Source: a virus (Duplodnaviria > Caudoviricetes). From it: a DNA stretch of 46,122 bases. The position numbers and the translations under genes were made by a program. Of this stretch, positions 25,087 through 34,800 are shown piece by piece (the stretch's first letter is position 1; each line of letters starts with the position of its first letter). The DNA is taken from IMG/VR virus record IMGVR_UViG_3300012943_000015, positions 1 to 46,122 of that record. One strand, 5' to 3'. The notes beneath the pieces are model-generated. The model searched no databases and was not told the origin of the DNA. It saw only the letters and a program-made list of their open reading frames with translations.

Positions 25087-25286
25087 CTGCCGTCACTCCC
25101 CTGCCAGATGTGCCACTGCCCATCGCGGTAGTCCGCGCGACAGCTGTCCTCCTGCGGGCACATGCCCGCGGGCGTCGTCACCTCAACCGTCTCGCCCTCG
25201 GACGCGAGGGCCGTCACGCCCCACGCCGACCCGCCCAGCCAGGCCGCCACCACCAGGCCGGCCACCCACTTCGCTTGCTTCGTCAT
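25083..25286 (-). CDS. Small secreted/membrane-anchored CPxEDSC protein B
   Basis: Signal-like N-terminus ending in ALA; CPQEDSCRADYRDGQWHI; GAGGAG RBS. Confidence 0.7.
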   Translation of the reverse strand: MTKQAKWVAGLVVAAWLGGSAWGVTALASEGETVEVTTPAGMCPQEDSCRADYRDGQWHIWQGSDGR

Positions 25287-25348
25287 GTCCACTCCTCGTC
25301 TGATCTGCCAGCGCCAAGCCCAGTCGAGCTGGGCATGACGCAAGCGGG

Positions 25349-25579
25349 TCAGAGCGCGTGCCGTGGGCAGCGCGGGAGCGTGCTCCAAAACGGTGCGCAG
25401 TCCGGCGAGTCGACGCCGCACAGCGCGGGCAGCAGCTCCCCGCACGCCTCACAGTGGCGGGCGTGCACCGTGAACTGGCCGAGACGGTTGAAACTGATCA
25501 CACCCAGCGCCTCGCCCTTGGCCAGCAGATCTACGGGCAAGTACGCAATCTCGTGAGGCAGAAGACTGGTCGCTCTCAT
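25349..25579 (-). CDS. Cys-rich hypothetical protein
   Basis: GAGGAG RBS; CEAC..C..C..C.RH. Confidence 0.55.
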   Translation of the reverse strand: MRATSLLPHEIAYLPVDLLAKGEALGVISFNRLGQFTVHARHCEACGELLPALCGVDSPDCAPFWSTLPRCPRHAL

Positions 25580-25610
25580 TGGCGCTCCTCGGTTGCTGTA
25601 CCTTGATGTC

Positions 25611-25635
25611 ATCAAGCATGCGCTCAAGCATGACC
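25611..25635. promoter_or_regulatory. Tandem pair of the repeated motif
   Basis: ATCAAGCATGCGC and CTCAAGCATGACC, upstream of the leftward operon starting at 25579. Confidence 0.6.
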
Positions 25636-25752
25636 ACGACGCAAGAGCTAGGCGGTAACGAAGCGGTAAAGCTGTGCTTCGTTCCCTTCGTGCCACCTTG
25701 CTACGCGCGGGCACGTGAGATCACGACAGGTAACGGCCGGCACCAGACATGA

Positions 25753-25780
25753 GAAAAGCCCCCGCCGAAACGGGGGCTTC
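25753..25780 (-). terminator. Intrinsic terminator
   Basis: Minus strand AAGCCCCCG-TTTCGG-CGGGGGCTT-TTCTC. Confidence 0.75.
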
Positions 25781-25798
25781 CCTAGCGCAGTCGAAGGC

Positions 25799-26050
25799 CT
25801 AGCCTTGGTACCCCTCGTGCTCGCCTTCCAGTACGGTTGCGCCGTACACGCGGCCAGCCTTCGTCAGGTCGAAGCGCACCAGCGCATCGCGGTACTCCGG
25901 GTTGCTGAGGCCGTAGCTGACAGCCGCGTCGGACTGCGTACGCAGCACCTCGCCACCGTCGAGGGTGATTCGCCATGTCGGATTACCGTTGGTCGAGTTG
26001 TTCAGTCGGTCCAACTTCGCGATCCGTCCGGTCACCTGGTTGTCGCTCAT
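25799..26050 (-). CDS. OB-fold-like small protein
   Basis: 83 aa, NNSTNGNP.W motif, GGGAG RBS overlapped by the repeated motif (26059-26071). Confidence 0.65.
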   Translation of the reverse strand: MSDNQVTGRIAKLDRLNNSTNGNPTWRITLDGGEVLRTQSDAAVSYGLSNPEYRDALVRFDLTKAGRVYGATVLEGEHEGYQG

Positions 26051-26251
26051 CGGTACTCCCTCATGCTTGATATCTGGTTACGCTTGATGGTGCCTGCCAG
26101 CTGGCAGCAAGTCAAGTCACGAGATGGTAACCCGAGCTCGGCAAGGTCAGGCTTGACACAATGAACGGTACACATTATGGTTAAGCACGGCTAACGATAT
26201 GCCTACATTGCATACCACATACACCTACATACCTCCCATGTCCAGGCAGAT

Positions 26252-26278
26252 GGGGGGGATGGGGGTGGGGGGAGGGGG
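26252..26278 (+). other. G-quadruplex-type tract
   Basis: G7-AT-G5-T-G6-A-G5 in non-coding DNA between the divergent early and late regions. Confidence 0.6.
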
Positions 26279-26579
26279 TACATGATGATCTTACATGTAT
26301 GTATTCTTGCTGGTCAGCGTTGTGGCAGCGCGCGCGGCCAGCGCGCCGCCGGCAGGGGAGCAGACCCCAGTGTTATTAATATGTGTGTGTTATATATATT
26401 ACTCCACGTCATAATTTCTGCGGCGATTCTCTACGCACGGTCACCAGTTTTTCGTGGTGCACCTGCTCCGCACTGATGGTGGGGGTTGCCCCCTTTGTGG
26501 GGGGTGGTTTCGTGGGGTGAGTGGTGGACGGTCTTCGAGGCCCCCTGCTATGTCTCTGACCCTTTCTAAAATTGGGGGC

Positions 26580-26891
26580 ATGGCCTTCAATGCACCTTCT
26601 CCGCAATGGCAGGAGCGCTCCTTTGAGGGGCGCCTGGTCCGGATCTCCGCCCTCTCGGAAGAGGAGGAGATGTCAACCCGCTGGGGGACACGGTGGGCGC
26701 TGTTCGCGAAGGTCGAGATCCTGAGTGGGATCTTCTCCGGTACCACCTTTCCGAAGGTGCCTATCTTCTCGCCGCCGTTGAAGCGGCAGCTGACGGAGAA
26801 GGGCCGGGTTGAAGGCAAGCTGGCACGCGGGGCCGCCTTGAAAGGCGCCCCGGTGCAGTGGGTCGTGAAGGAAACCGCAGCTCAGGCATAG
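26580..26891 (+). CDS. Putative OB-fold ssDNA-binding-like protein
   Basis: FEGRLV.I...T.WG...A.VEIL.G...IF...L..QL...V.GKL..G.A..G...W pattern resembles an actinophage SSB-like family. Confidence 0.5.
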   Translation: MAFNAPSPQWQERSFEGRLVRISALSEEEEMSTRWGTRWALFAKVEILSGIFSGTTFPKVPIFSPPLKRQLTEKGRVEGKLARGAALKGAPVQWVVKETAAQA

Positions 26892-27112
26892 GCCTTTTGG
26901 GCCTGCTACCGTTACCGGTACGGGTCCAGTGTGTTTCGCCCGGTACTCGCTACCAGCAAACCGCTCGCACCGCAGGCGCCTTCATGGGCGCCAGTTGCCT
27001 GCTCCGGGCTCGTCACTACTTGGCCCTATCTCTGCCCTCCCCCTTTCTTCGGTGTCGGACCAACACAACTTCACGTGCAGACGTGAAAAAGTGTCTGACC
27101 AGATGGAGTTCC

Positions 27113-28981
27113 GTGAAGGTCTCTACCGCTGAAGCCAAGGAGATTGTTCTCCAGAAGCGTGCCGCCGGCATGGCCGTCAAAGAGGCCATGGCCGTGGTGG
27201 GCAGGTCGTATGAGACGTGGCGTGACTGGCGCCGGACGGACTCTGACTTCAAGGAGAAGGCCGACAAGATCGGCCAGGCCCTGAAGCGTGGCGAGGTCTC
27301 CAAGTCTTCGGTGCCGGACTTCCCTGAGTTCTCGGAGCAGTACCTGGGAGTCAAGCTCCCGCAGCATCACCTGCGCATCTGGGATGTGATGCAGGGCCGC
27401 GAGCCGCGGGACATGTACGAGTCGATGCAGTATCAGCCTGGCGCTTGGCCGGGCAAGTACATGCTGATCAATGTTCCACCTGACCACGCGAAGTCCACCA
27501 CGTGGACCGTGAACCGCAGCGTGTGGCTGATCGCCAAGAACCCGGACATCAGGATCGGCATCGTCAGCAAGTCGCAGACGATGGCCAAGAAGTTCCTGGG
27601 TCAGATCAAGTTCTACCTTCAGAACGCCAGCTTGTACCCGGAGTTGCACGCAGCCTTCGCCCCCGAGGGCGGTTGGCGGTCGGACGACAAGGGCGATGGT
27701 CTCTCCTGGCGAGAGAACATGATCTACGTGAAGGGCCGGACGCAGGCCGAGAAGGAACCGACCGTTGAGGCGCTCGGTATCGGCTCCCAGATCTACGGCA
27801 CCCGATTCGACGTCATCATTCTCGACGACGTGGAGGACATGGCGTCCGCTAGCCAGTTCGAGCAGCACGCGGACTGGATCGGGCAGGAGGTGTTCAACCG
27901 CCTACATCCCGAGGATGGCGAGCTCGACATCTTGGGTACGCGCGTCGCCGTCATGGACGTCTATCGCAAGCTGCGAGATGACGCGAAGACCGAGGACGGG
28001 GATCCGTTCTACACCTACTTCGCTCAGCCGGCGGTTCTGGAGGGCGAGACGGGCCATTCTGATGAATGGACTGTGCTCTGGCCTGAGCGGCTGGACGCGA
28101 AGAAGATTGCCCGCAACAAGGCGGCGATGACCGATAGCCGCAGGTTCACGTTCGTCTATCAGCAGCGTGACGTGTCGGAACACGCCACGTTCCCGGCGGA
28201 GGCTGTGAATGCCTCCATCAACAGGATGCGGCATCACGGGGTGATGGAGGGCGGTACGCCCACGCACCGGCCGCAGGGCATGCAGGGCCTGTATGTGATC
28301 GGGTCGTGGGACCCGGCGAGCTCGGCGGGTCACAACGCCATGATTGTGGTCGGCGCCGACAAGCAGACGAAGAAGCGCTGGGTCCTGGACGTGTGGGACC
28401 GGAAGGGTGTCGGCCCCCGGCAGACCATTCCGCTGCTGAAAGAACTGACCACCAAGTACCACATCAACGAGTGGCGGATCGAGAAGAACGCGGTCCAGCA
28501 GTTCATCACCCAGCTACCGGAGATCCGGGATTTCCTGACGGCGAACCAGTGCCGCCTGGTGGAGCACCAGACGACAGGCAACAAGTGGGACCCGTCGATG
28601 GGGGTTGAGGGCACTTTGGTGCCCTTGTTCCTGTCGTGCGTGACGGACGTCAACAATCGCCTGGTGGCGACTGGCGATGAGCACCCTCTCATCGAATTGC
28701 CGTCCCCACGCACCTGCAAGGACGTGGACAAGCTGGCTGAGCAGTTGAAGCAGTGGGAGCCGGACAACAAGAAGCTGATTCAGGACCTGGTGATGGCTCT
28801 CTGGTTTGCCGAGTTGGGTATGAGACAATACCTGCGTAGCGGTTTGGGTAATCAAACCCACGCGAACAGCAAGTTCCAGTCTCGTGGCGCTATCGAGCGC
28901 CGGGGCGTGTTCAGCTTCGGAAGCTCCGAGGAGCAGTTCCAGGCGATTCTAGGTAGTCAGAACAGGCGGGCCGTGGCCTAG
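27113..28981 (+). CDS. terL: Terminase large subunit with N-terminal HTH-like extension
   Basis: Walker A PPDHAKST, Walker B VIILDD, nuclease WDPAS and QDLVMALWFA; GGAG RBS before GTG 27113. Confidence 0.9.
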   Translation: MKVSTAEAKEIVLQKRAAGMAVKEAMAVVGRSYETWRDWRRTDSDFKEKADKIGQALKRGEVSKSSVPDFPEFSEQYLGVKLPQHHLRIWDVMQGREPRDMYESMQYQPGAWPGKYMLINVPPDHAKSTTWTVNRSVWLIAKNPDIRIGIVSKSQTMAKKFLGQIKFYLQNASLYPELHAAFAPEGGWRSDDKGDGLSWRENMIYVKGRTQAEKEPTVEALGIGSQIYGTRFDVIILDDVEDMASASQFEQHADWIGQEVFNRLHPEDGELDILGTRVAVMDVYRKLRDDAKTEDGDPFYTYFAQPAVLEGETGHSDEWTVLWPERLDAKKIARNKAAMTDSRRFTFVYQQRDVSEHATFPAEAVNASINRMRHHGVMEGGTPTHRPQGMQGLYVIGSWDPASSAGHNAMIVVGADKQTKKRWVLDVWDRKGVGPRQTIPLLKELTTKYHINEWRIEKNAVQQFITQLPEIRDFLTANQCRLVEHQTTGNKWDPSMGVEGTLVPLFLSCVTDVNNRLVATGDEHPLIELPSPRTCKDVDKLAEQLKQWEPDNKKLIQDLVMALWFAELGMRQYLRSGLGNQTHANSKFQSRGAIERRGVFSFGSSEEQFQAILGSQNRRAVA

Positions 28982-30807
28982 TGGACATCAAAGCCATTCA
29001 TCAGCATGTCGAGAACATGCGCATGCGCTGTTCCGGGCGCGATAAGGACTCCTACCTGGTGCGAATGACCCGTAAGGGTCGCCTGCACGAGGTGTTCCCC
29101 TCCCATTTCGCCGATGACCTGGCGCAGATGGCGATCGCCAACACGATCGACAATGTTGCTCGTGACGTGTCGGAGCAGTTCGCCCCGCTCCCCTCCATCG
29201 CCTGCTCGTCGGGGAACATGGCCAGCCAGGCTGATGTGGTTCGCGCCGGCAAGCGCAACAAGATCGCCTCCCACTATTGGGACAAGTCGGATCTCGAGCT
29301 TCAGCACATCGACTTCTGCGATGCCACCCTGTCCTACGCCTTCGGCGTGTATCGCATCGTGCCGGACTTCGAATACCAGTGCCCGCGAATCAAGTGGTCG
29401 CCGAGTTTCGACACCTACTACTTCAAGGACATGTGGGGCCGCACCAAGTGGTGCGCGCAGGTGAAGCTCGAGACGGTGCTGAATCTGTGCGCGAAGTACC
29501 CGGATCTTGAGCCGTTCATCGGTATGAAGAACGGCGTCAAGCGGGGCATGAACGACACGGAACGGGTCGTCACCTACGACGACGAGAACCAGTCGGTGGT
29601 GTATCTGCCGGATTCGGGTTACAAGGTGCTGGCGCAGTGGCAGCACAACCTGGGCCGCTGTCTTGTGGTGATCGCTGAGCGTCCCGGCCAGGAGGATCTG
29701 AAGCGCGGGCAGTTCGATGACTCGGTGATCCCCATGCTGGTCAAGCACATCATGGTGCAGTACCAGCTGAACGCCACCGACAAGGCGGTCAACGCCCCGA
29801 TCGCCATGCCTGATGACGTGACGGAGCTTCCGTACGGGCCGGATGCCACGATCCGCACACAGAACCCGCAGGGCGTGAGCCGCGTGCGGCTCGACATTCC
29901 CGACGATCTGTTCGCCTTCAACCAGCAGCTGGATCAGGCCGTGAAGGAGGGCTCCCGGTACCCGGAGGCCCGCGGCGGGTCGACGCCGGGCAGCATTGTC
30001 ACCGGCAAGGGTGTGGACGCGCTGAATGGCGCGATGAACACCCAGATCAAGACCATGCAGGTGGTGGTCGGTAAGGCTCTCGAAGAGGTCACCGAGCTCT
30101 GCTTCATGCTGGACGTGAAGCTGTGGCCCAACACCCAGAAGAAGATCACCGGTGTTCTGGCGGGCAGGCCCTACGAGGTCTCCTACACGCCCGCGAAGGA
30201 CATCGGCGACAGCTACACCTGCAAGGTGTCGTACGGTTTCGCGTCCGGCCAGGGGCCGGCGCAAGCCATCGTGGCGATGTTGCAGCTGCGCGGCGACAAG
30301 GTGATCTCGAGGGACACGTTCCGCAAGAACCTGCCGTTCGATATCGACTCGGACGAGGAACAGCGGCGCATCGACGCTGAGGATCTGGCGTCGGCCGTGG
30401 AGCAGGGCGTGATGGGCCTGGCCCAGGCGTTCGGCCCGATGGTGATGCAGCAGCAGGACCCGCTACCCATCCTTCAGTCGATGGCGAAGCTGGTGCAGCT
30501 ACGCCAGCGCGGGGTGTCGATGGCTGATGCGGTGGTGCAGGCGTTCACCCCACCGGAGAAGCCGGAGGAAGAGGCGGCCGAGGTGCCGCCGCAGGGCGCC
30601 CCTCCTGGCGCTGAGAGCGCTCCTGGCGGGCCGGAGCTGCCGCAGGGTGTGCAGCCCAACGGGCTGTTGCAGGGTCAGGCGCCCGGCCAGCAGGGCATGG
30701 CCCCCGGTGGCCTGCCTGATGTTCAGAACCTGATGGCCACCCTGCGGGGGCAGGGCGCGCCACGCATGGAAAGCACAGTGAGCAGAAGGCGAGTTGTCGG
30801 TGCCTGA
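28981..30807 (+). CDS. Portal protein
   Basis: 608 aa directly after terL, Pro/Gly/Gln-rich C-terminal tail. Confidence 0.85.
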   Translation: MDIKAIHQHVENMRMRCSGRDKDSYLVRMTRKGRLHEVFPSHFADDLAQMAIANTIDNVARDVSEQFAPLPSIACSSGNMASQADVVRAGKRNKIASHYWDKSDLELQHIDFCDATLSYAFGVYRIVPDFEYQCPRIKWSPSFDTYYFKDMWGRTKWCAQVKLETVLNLCAKYPDLEPFIGMKNGVKRGMNDTERVVTYDDENQSVVYLPDSGYKVLAQWQHNLGRCLVVIAERPGQEDLKRGQFDDSVIPMLVKHIMVQYQLNATDKAVNAPIAMPDDVTELPYGPDATIRTQNPQGVSRVRLDIPDDLFAFNQQLDQAVKEGSRYPEARGGSTPGSIVTGKGVDALNGAMNTQIKTMQVVVGKALEEVTELCFMLDVKLWPNTQKKITGVLAGRPYEVSYTPAKDIGDSYTCKVSYGFASGQGPAQAIVAMLQLRGDKVISRDTFRKNLPFDIDSDEEQRRIDAEDLASAVEQGVMGLAQAFGPMVMQQQDPLPILQSMAKLVQLRQRGVSMADAVVQAFTPPEKPEEEAAEVPPQGAPPGAESAPGGPELPQGVQPNGLLQGQAPGQQGMAPGGLPDVQNLMATLRGQGAPRMESTVSRRRVVGA

Positions 30808-31042
30808 TGAGGTAGAGGACGACCGGATCACGGACATGCTGCCGGAGGGATACATCTCCCTCGGCTTCGTCGCGACCGTCAAGGCCCTTCGCCCTGACGG
30901 CGAAGTGGTATTCACTCACGTGACCCACGGCGGCCTGAACTCAATGGAACTGATCGGCATGGTCACGTCGCTGCATGACGATCTGCGCGACGATCTGCGC
31001 ACGCCGCACGTGCGCCTCCTGCCGGACGGTGACGATGATTAA
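30794..31042 (+). CDS. Hypothetical protein
   Basis: 82 aa, overlapping the portal end. Confidence 0.55.
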   Translation: MSVPDEVEDDRITDMLPEGYISLGFVATVKALRPDGEVVFTHVTHGGLNSMELIGMVTSLHDDLRDDLRTPHVRLLPDGDDD

Positions 31043-31217
31043 GTCGGGCGACTTCTACGAAGAAGACGAGCCGGTCGAGGACATCGTTCGGTCCTGGAAT
31101 TCCAGTACCTCGTACGTGTTCACCGCCTATACCGCCGACCCGACGCTCAGCATTTCGACCTCGGGCAACTGCACAGTTACCGTCACGCACTCGCCGTGGA
31201 GAGTGACCTATGACTAG
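31035..31217 (+). CDS. Hypothetical protein
   Basis: 60 aa, coupled. Confidence 0.45.
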   Translation: MIKSGDFYEEDEPVEDIVRSWNSSTSYVFTAYTADPTLSISTSGNCTVTVTHSPWRVTYD

Positions 31218-31650
31218 CCCCGCCCAGGTCTCCGGTCCCGGCGCCCTCTCCAAGCGCACGGACGCGGGCGGCCAGCCAATCCGCTCCCTGCCCGACCCCA
31301 AGTATGGGGAGGCCGGCGAGTTCGCGGCCCAGCAGAAGGCCGCCCCGCTCGCCGAGGCGCCTGGTGCGCCTGCCGGTCCGGCCCCGTCAGACATGGCACG
31401 CAAGCTTCAGGCTGCCCCCGGCCCCGAGGCTGGCCCTGCTCCCGGCCAGCCGCTGCCTGGTCTGTTCGACCAGGGTGACCCTGGCATTCCGGTGACGGCC
31501 GGCGCCCCGATGGGCGCGGGTCCGAACTCGGTGACTGGCGGGCAGATGCCCATGCCGCGGCGCAAGACGAGCGAGCAGCTCGCGGAGTATGCGAATGGTG
31601 ACGAGTCGCTCACGTTCCTGGTGAACGTGCTGGCTCAGCAGGGGAACTAG
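31210..31650 (+). CDS. Virion-associated protein following the portal
   Basis: PAQVSGPGALSKRTD...YGE...Q..APL...PVTAGAPMGAGP, low-complexity structural-type protein. Confidence 0.7.
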   Translation: MTSPAQVSGPGALSKRTDAGGQPIRSLPDPKYGEAGEFAAQQKAAPLAEAPGAPAGPAPSDMARKLQAAPGPEAGPAPGQPLPGLFDQGDPGIPVTAGAPMGAGPNSVTGGQMPMPRRKTSEQLAEYANGDESLTFLVNVLAQQGN

Positions 31651-31880
31651 CTGCGGCGGGCGTTGCGGACGATCCGCCGGATAAGGAATCCGGCAGCGGC
31701 CAGCACGACGGCCAGGCCGCCCAGGATGTAGGCCCCGCCCGGCCCTTTGGGCATGGAGTTTTGGGCGGGTCCGATCACGAGGAAGCCGAGAACCAGCCAG
31801 GCCCCGACGATAACCCCGACGATCTTGAGAGCTGTCACGAGGACAGCATACCTGATTTTGGAGGGCAGTAGCCCTGGCAC
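31647..31880 (-). CDS. Small two-TM membrane protein, antisense within the late operon
   Basis: Two hydrophobic helices and a basic C-terminus; start uncertain. Confidence 0.55.
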   Translation of the reverse strand: MPGLLPSKIRYAVLVTALKIVGVIVGAWLVLGFLVIGPAQNSMPKGPGGAYILGGLAVVLAAAGFLIRRIVRNARRS

Positions 31881-34800
31881 GTAAGTATTGGTGGCAGAAG
31901 GTCGAGAACCCTGACGTCATCGTGCAGGCCGCGCGCCGCCCGGTCCAGGACCGGCGGGTGCGCTACTCCACCGTGCTTCAACGCGGCGGCATGTTCCGCA
32001 ACCAGCCGGAGATCGTCAAGTCCCTGCTCGACAAGCAGGTGCCGCTGGCCCTGGCCATGCAATCGTTCAACTCGTACTCCGCCACGCAGGCCAAGCAGAC
32101 CGCCAAGCATCTGTCGACCGCAGGTTTCTCCTCCACCAATGAGGAGAATGCGGCCCGCCCCGGCTATCTGAACAAGACGGATGAGTGGGGTGAGGCCGAC
32201 AAGAAGCTGGCGAACGCCGACAATGATTTCGGTGGCGGGCTCCTGGGCGGCCTGGCTTCAGGGTTTGATGCTTTCGCTCGCGGCTTCACGAATGTGGGTT
32301 CGAAGGTTATCGAGGGAACCACGTGGGCGTGGAACCGCTCGGTCGGTGCCCCTTTCGCCGCGGGCAGCTCCTCGGATTCTGCGGTTGATGACGCGCTTCA
32401 GGGCGCGAATGACTGGGTGGATCGCATTCCGGTGGCGGGCGCCCTTGCTTCGCTGGGTTTGGGCGCCGTTGAGGGCGCCGCCAACTGGGTTGAGGGCTTG
32501 GGTCGCGTGTACGCACCCGGCTCCGTCAGCGACGAGCAGCAGCGGCAGGACATGCGTGCCGCGCACCTTGATCCGTCGCGTATCGGCGACCGGATCAACT
32601 TCTACTCGCAGGACTTCGGCGAGGTTGTCGCCCCCATCTCGAACGAGCACATCGAGAAAATCAAGGGCCTGAAGCGCTGGTCCCCGGAAGACGTGGACGC
32701 GGCCCGCGAGATCATCGTCTCGGGGGCCATGGATGACCTGTCGCGCTCCTACTCGGCGCTGTCGCCCGAGGCGCAGGGCCTGATTGCCCGCGCATCCAAG
32801 AGCCCCAACGTGGAAGACCTGCTGAACGCTGTCGGCGACGGCAGCCAGAACACGCTGGGCTGGGGTGTCCTGAAGGGTTTCGTGCCGGACCAGTACCAGA
32901 AGCCAGGCCAGTTCTGGGAGCCCGGCAGTGTCAGCCGGCAGGTGGCTTCCGCGGCGACCGAGCTGATCGTCACGTGGCACATGGACCCGACGGTGGTTGC
33001 CTCGCAGGGCGTGAAGGCTGTGCGCGCGATGCGCTACGGGGTGGGTGGTGTTGCCGCCGAGAAGATCGATAACACGATCCAGATGCTGAAAGCGTCGGAC
33101 GATCTGCACGCCCCCAAGGGGGCACTGGCTCGCCGGTTCGACGAGGCCATGCAGACCGCTGACGACATTGTGACGGTGGGCGTATCGACCCCTGAGGCTG
33201 CGAAGGCGCGGGCCTCCTGGATTCGTAGGTTCCCCGGCTACGACAAGACCCTGGATCTGCTGATCGGACAGCGGGCCGGCACTGTCGGACCGATCCGCGC
33301 CCGCACCCTGAATGAGGCCAAGGGTGAGGTGAAGCACGCGGCCGAGGGTGGCCGCGATGTGAACCCGTGGGTGCTCGATGCGTCGGCTGACGGCAAGCCG
33401 ATGTGGGCTTTCACGAAGACTGATGGCACGAAGGCCACCCCGGAGGAGCGGGCTTTGGCCCGCGCCAACGCTGCGGAGGAGCTGTCCACGTTCATCGTGA
33501 TGGACGCCTACGCCTCAGGCCGCGAGATCACCGGCTCACGCCTGCTGCTGCCCGGTCAGCTGTCGCTGAACGGCAAGGTGCGGGACAAGCTGGCACCCGT
33601 GCTCGAGGCGTTCAACCGCCGAGACATGTCAGTGATCAAGCAGTTGAAGGAAACAGGCAAGAAGCCCATTGACCTAAACGGCCATGTGCTGGCAGACGAG
33701 CAGGGCCGCTGGGATCATCTCGTCAACCCGGAGTCGGCGGAGTGGCTGCGGAACAACTACACGTTCGGCATCACCCACATGTTTTCCCGCGGGTGGCGGA
33801 ACTTCGAGAAGACCTTCAGCAACAAGACCATCCTGCCGAGCTCGCCCGACTCGGTGAAGGTGTACAAGGAGCTCGTCTCCCAGTTCATGCCGAAGCGGCA
33901 AGCCCAGATGGTGACCACCCAGTACGCCGCCGCCAATCCGGCGGAACGCTGGGTGATGACCCGCCAAACCATCGGGTCACTGCTGAACGTGATGAACCTG
34001 CGTAATACGCCTGAGGCGCAGAAGATCGTGGACCAGCTCACCAAGGGCCTGGTGCCGCAGGGCGAGTACATCAACGGCTACAAGGCCGGGGTGCGCGAGC
34101 ACTACACCACGCCGGACGGCAACTACATCAGGGTCGGCGACCTGAAGATGCCGGCCGCGGTGCACCCGTGGCAGCTGTCGGAGGGTGTTGAGCTTCCGAA
34201 CTGGCGGGAGTTGCGGGGCCTGGCGAACCGCAATGCGGTGTTGAACGCCGTCACGAGGACGGCGGACGGCCAGGCGGCCAACGCCATGGTGCGCGCCTGG
34301 AAGGCGTCCAAGGTCACCACCTACTCGAACATGATGCGCCAGGGCCTGGAGCTGGAGCTGTTCAACGCCTGGCGTGAGCCCGGCGTGCTGGGCGCGCACC
34401 GCGCAGCGCGCAAGGCTGTGAAAGCTGACGTGCTGAACCGCAAGGTCAACGATCATGACCTTGAGCGGTTGGCGAACGCGGTCAACAACTTCACCCCAGA
34501 CGATCTCGCCCAGCTTGAGGTGACCCGCCGCAGCAAGCCCGAGACGTATGTGAAGACCATCAGCGCCATCTTGGAGCGTGACGGCATCTCCCCGCGCATG
34601 GCCGAGACCATGGCGCGGCTCGGTCAGGACGTGGACCTCACGGAGTATGGCGAGTTCCTGGCCTCCAAGTCGGAGCGCCGCGCCCGCCACCTGGCGGCCA
34701 TCGGACCGTGGGACAAGGTTCGCCGAGCTCGTGCGATACGGCACGAGCGTAAGGGCGGCAACGTTGAGGACACGCCGCTCTCGAAGCATCTGGACGCTGA

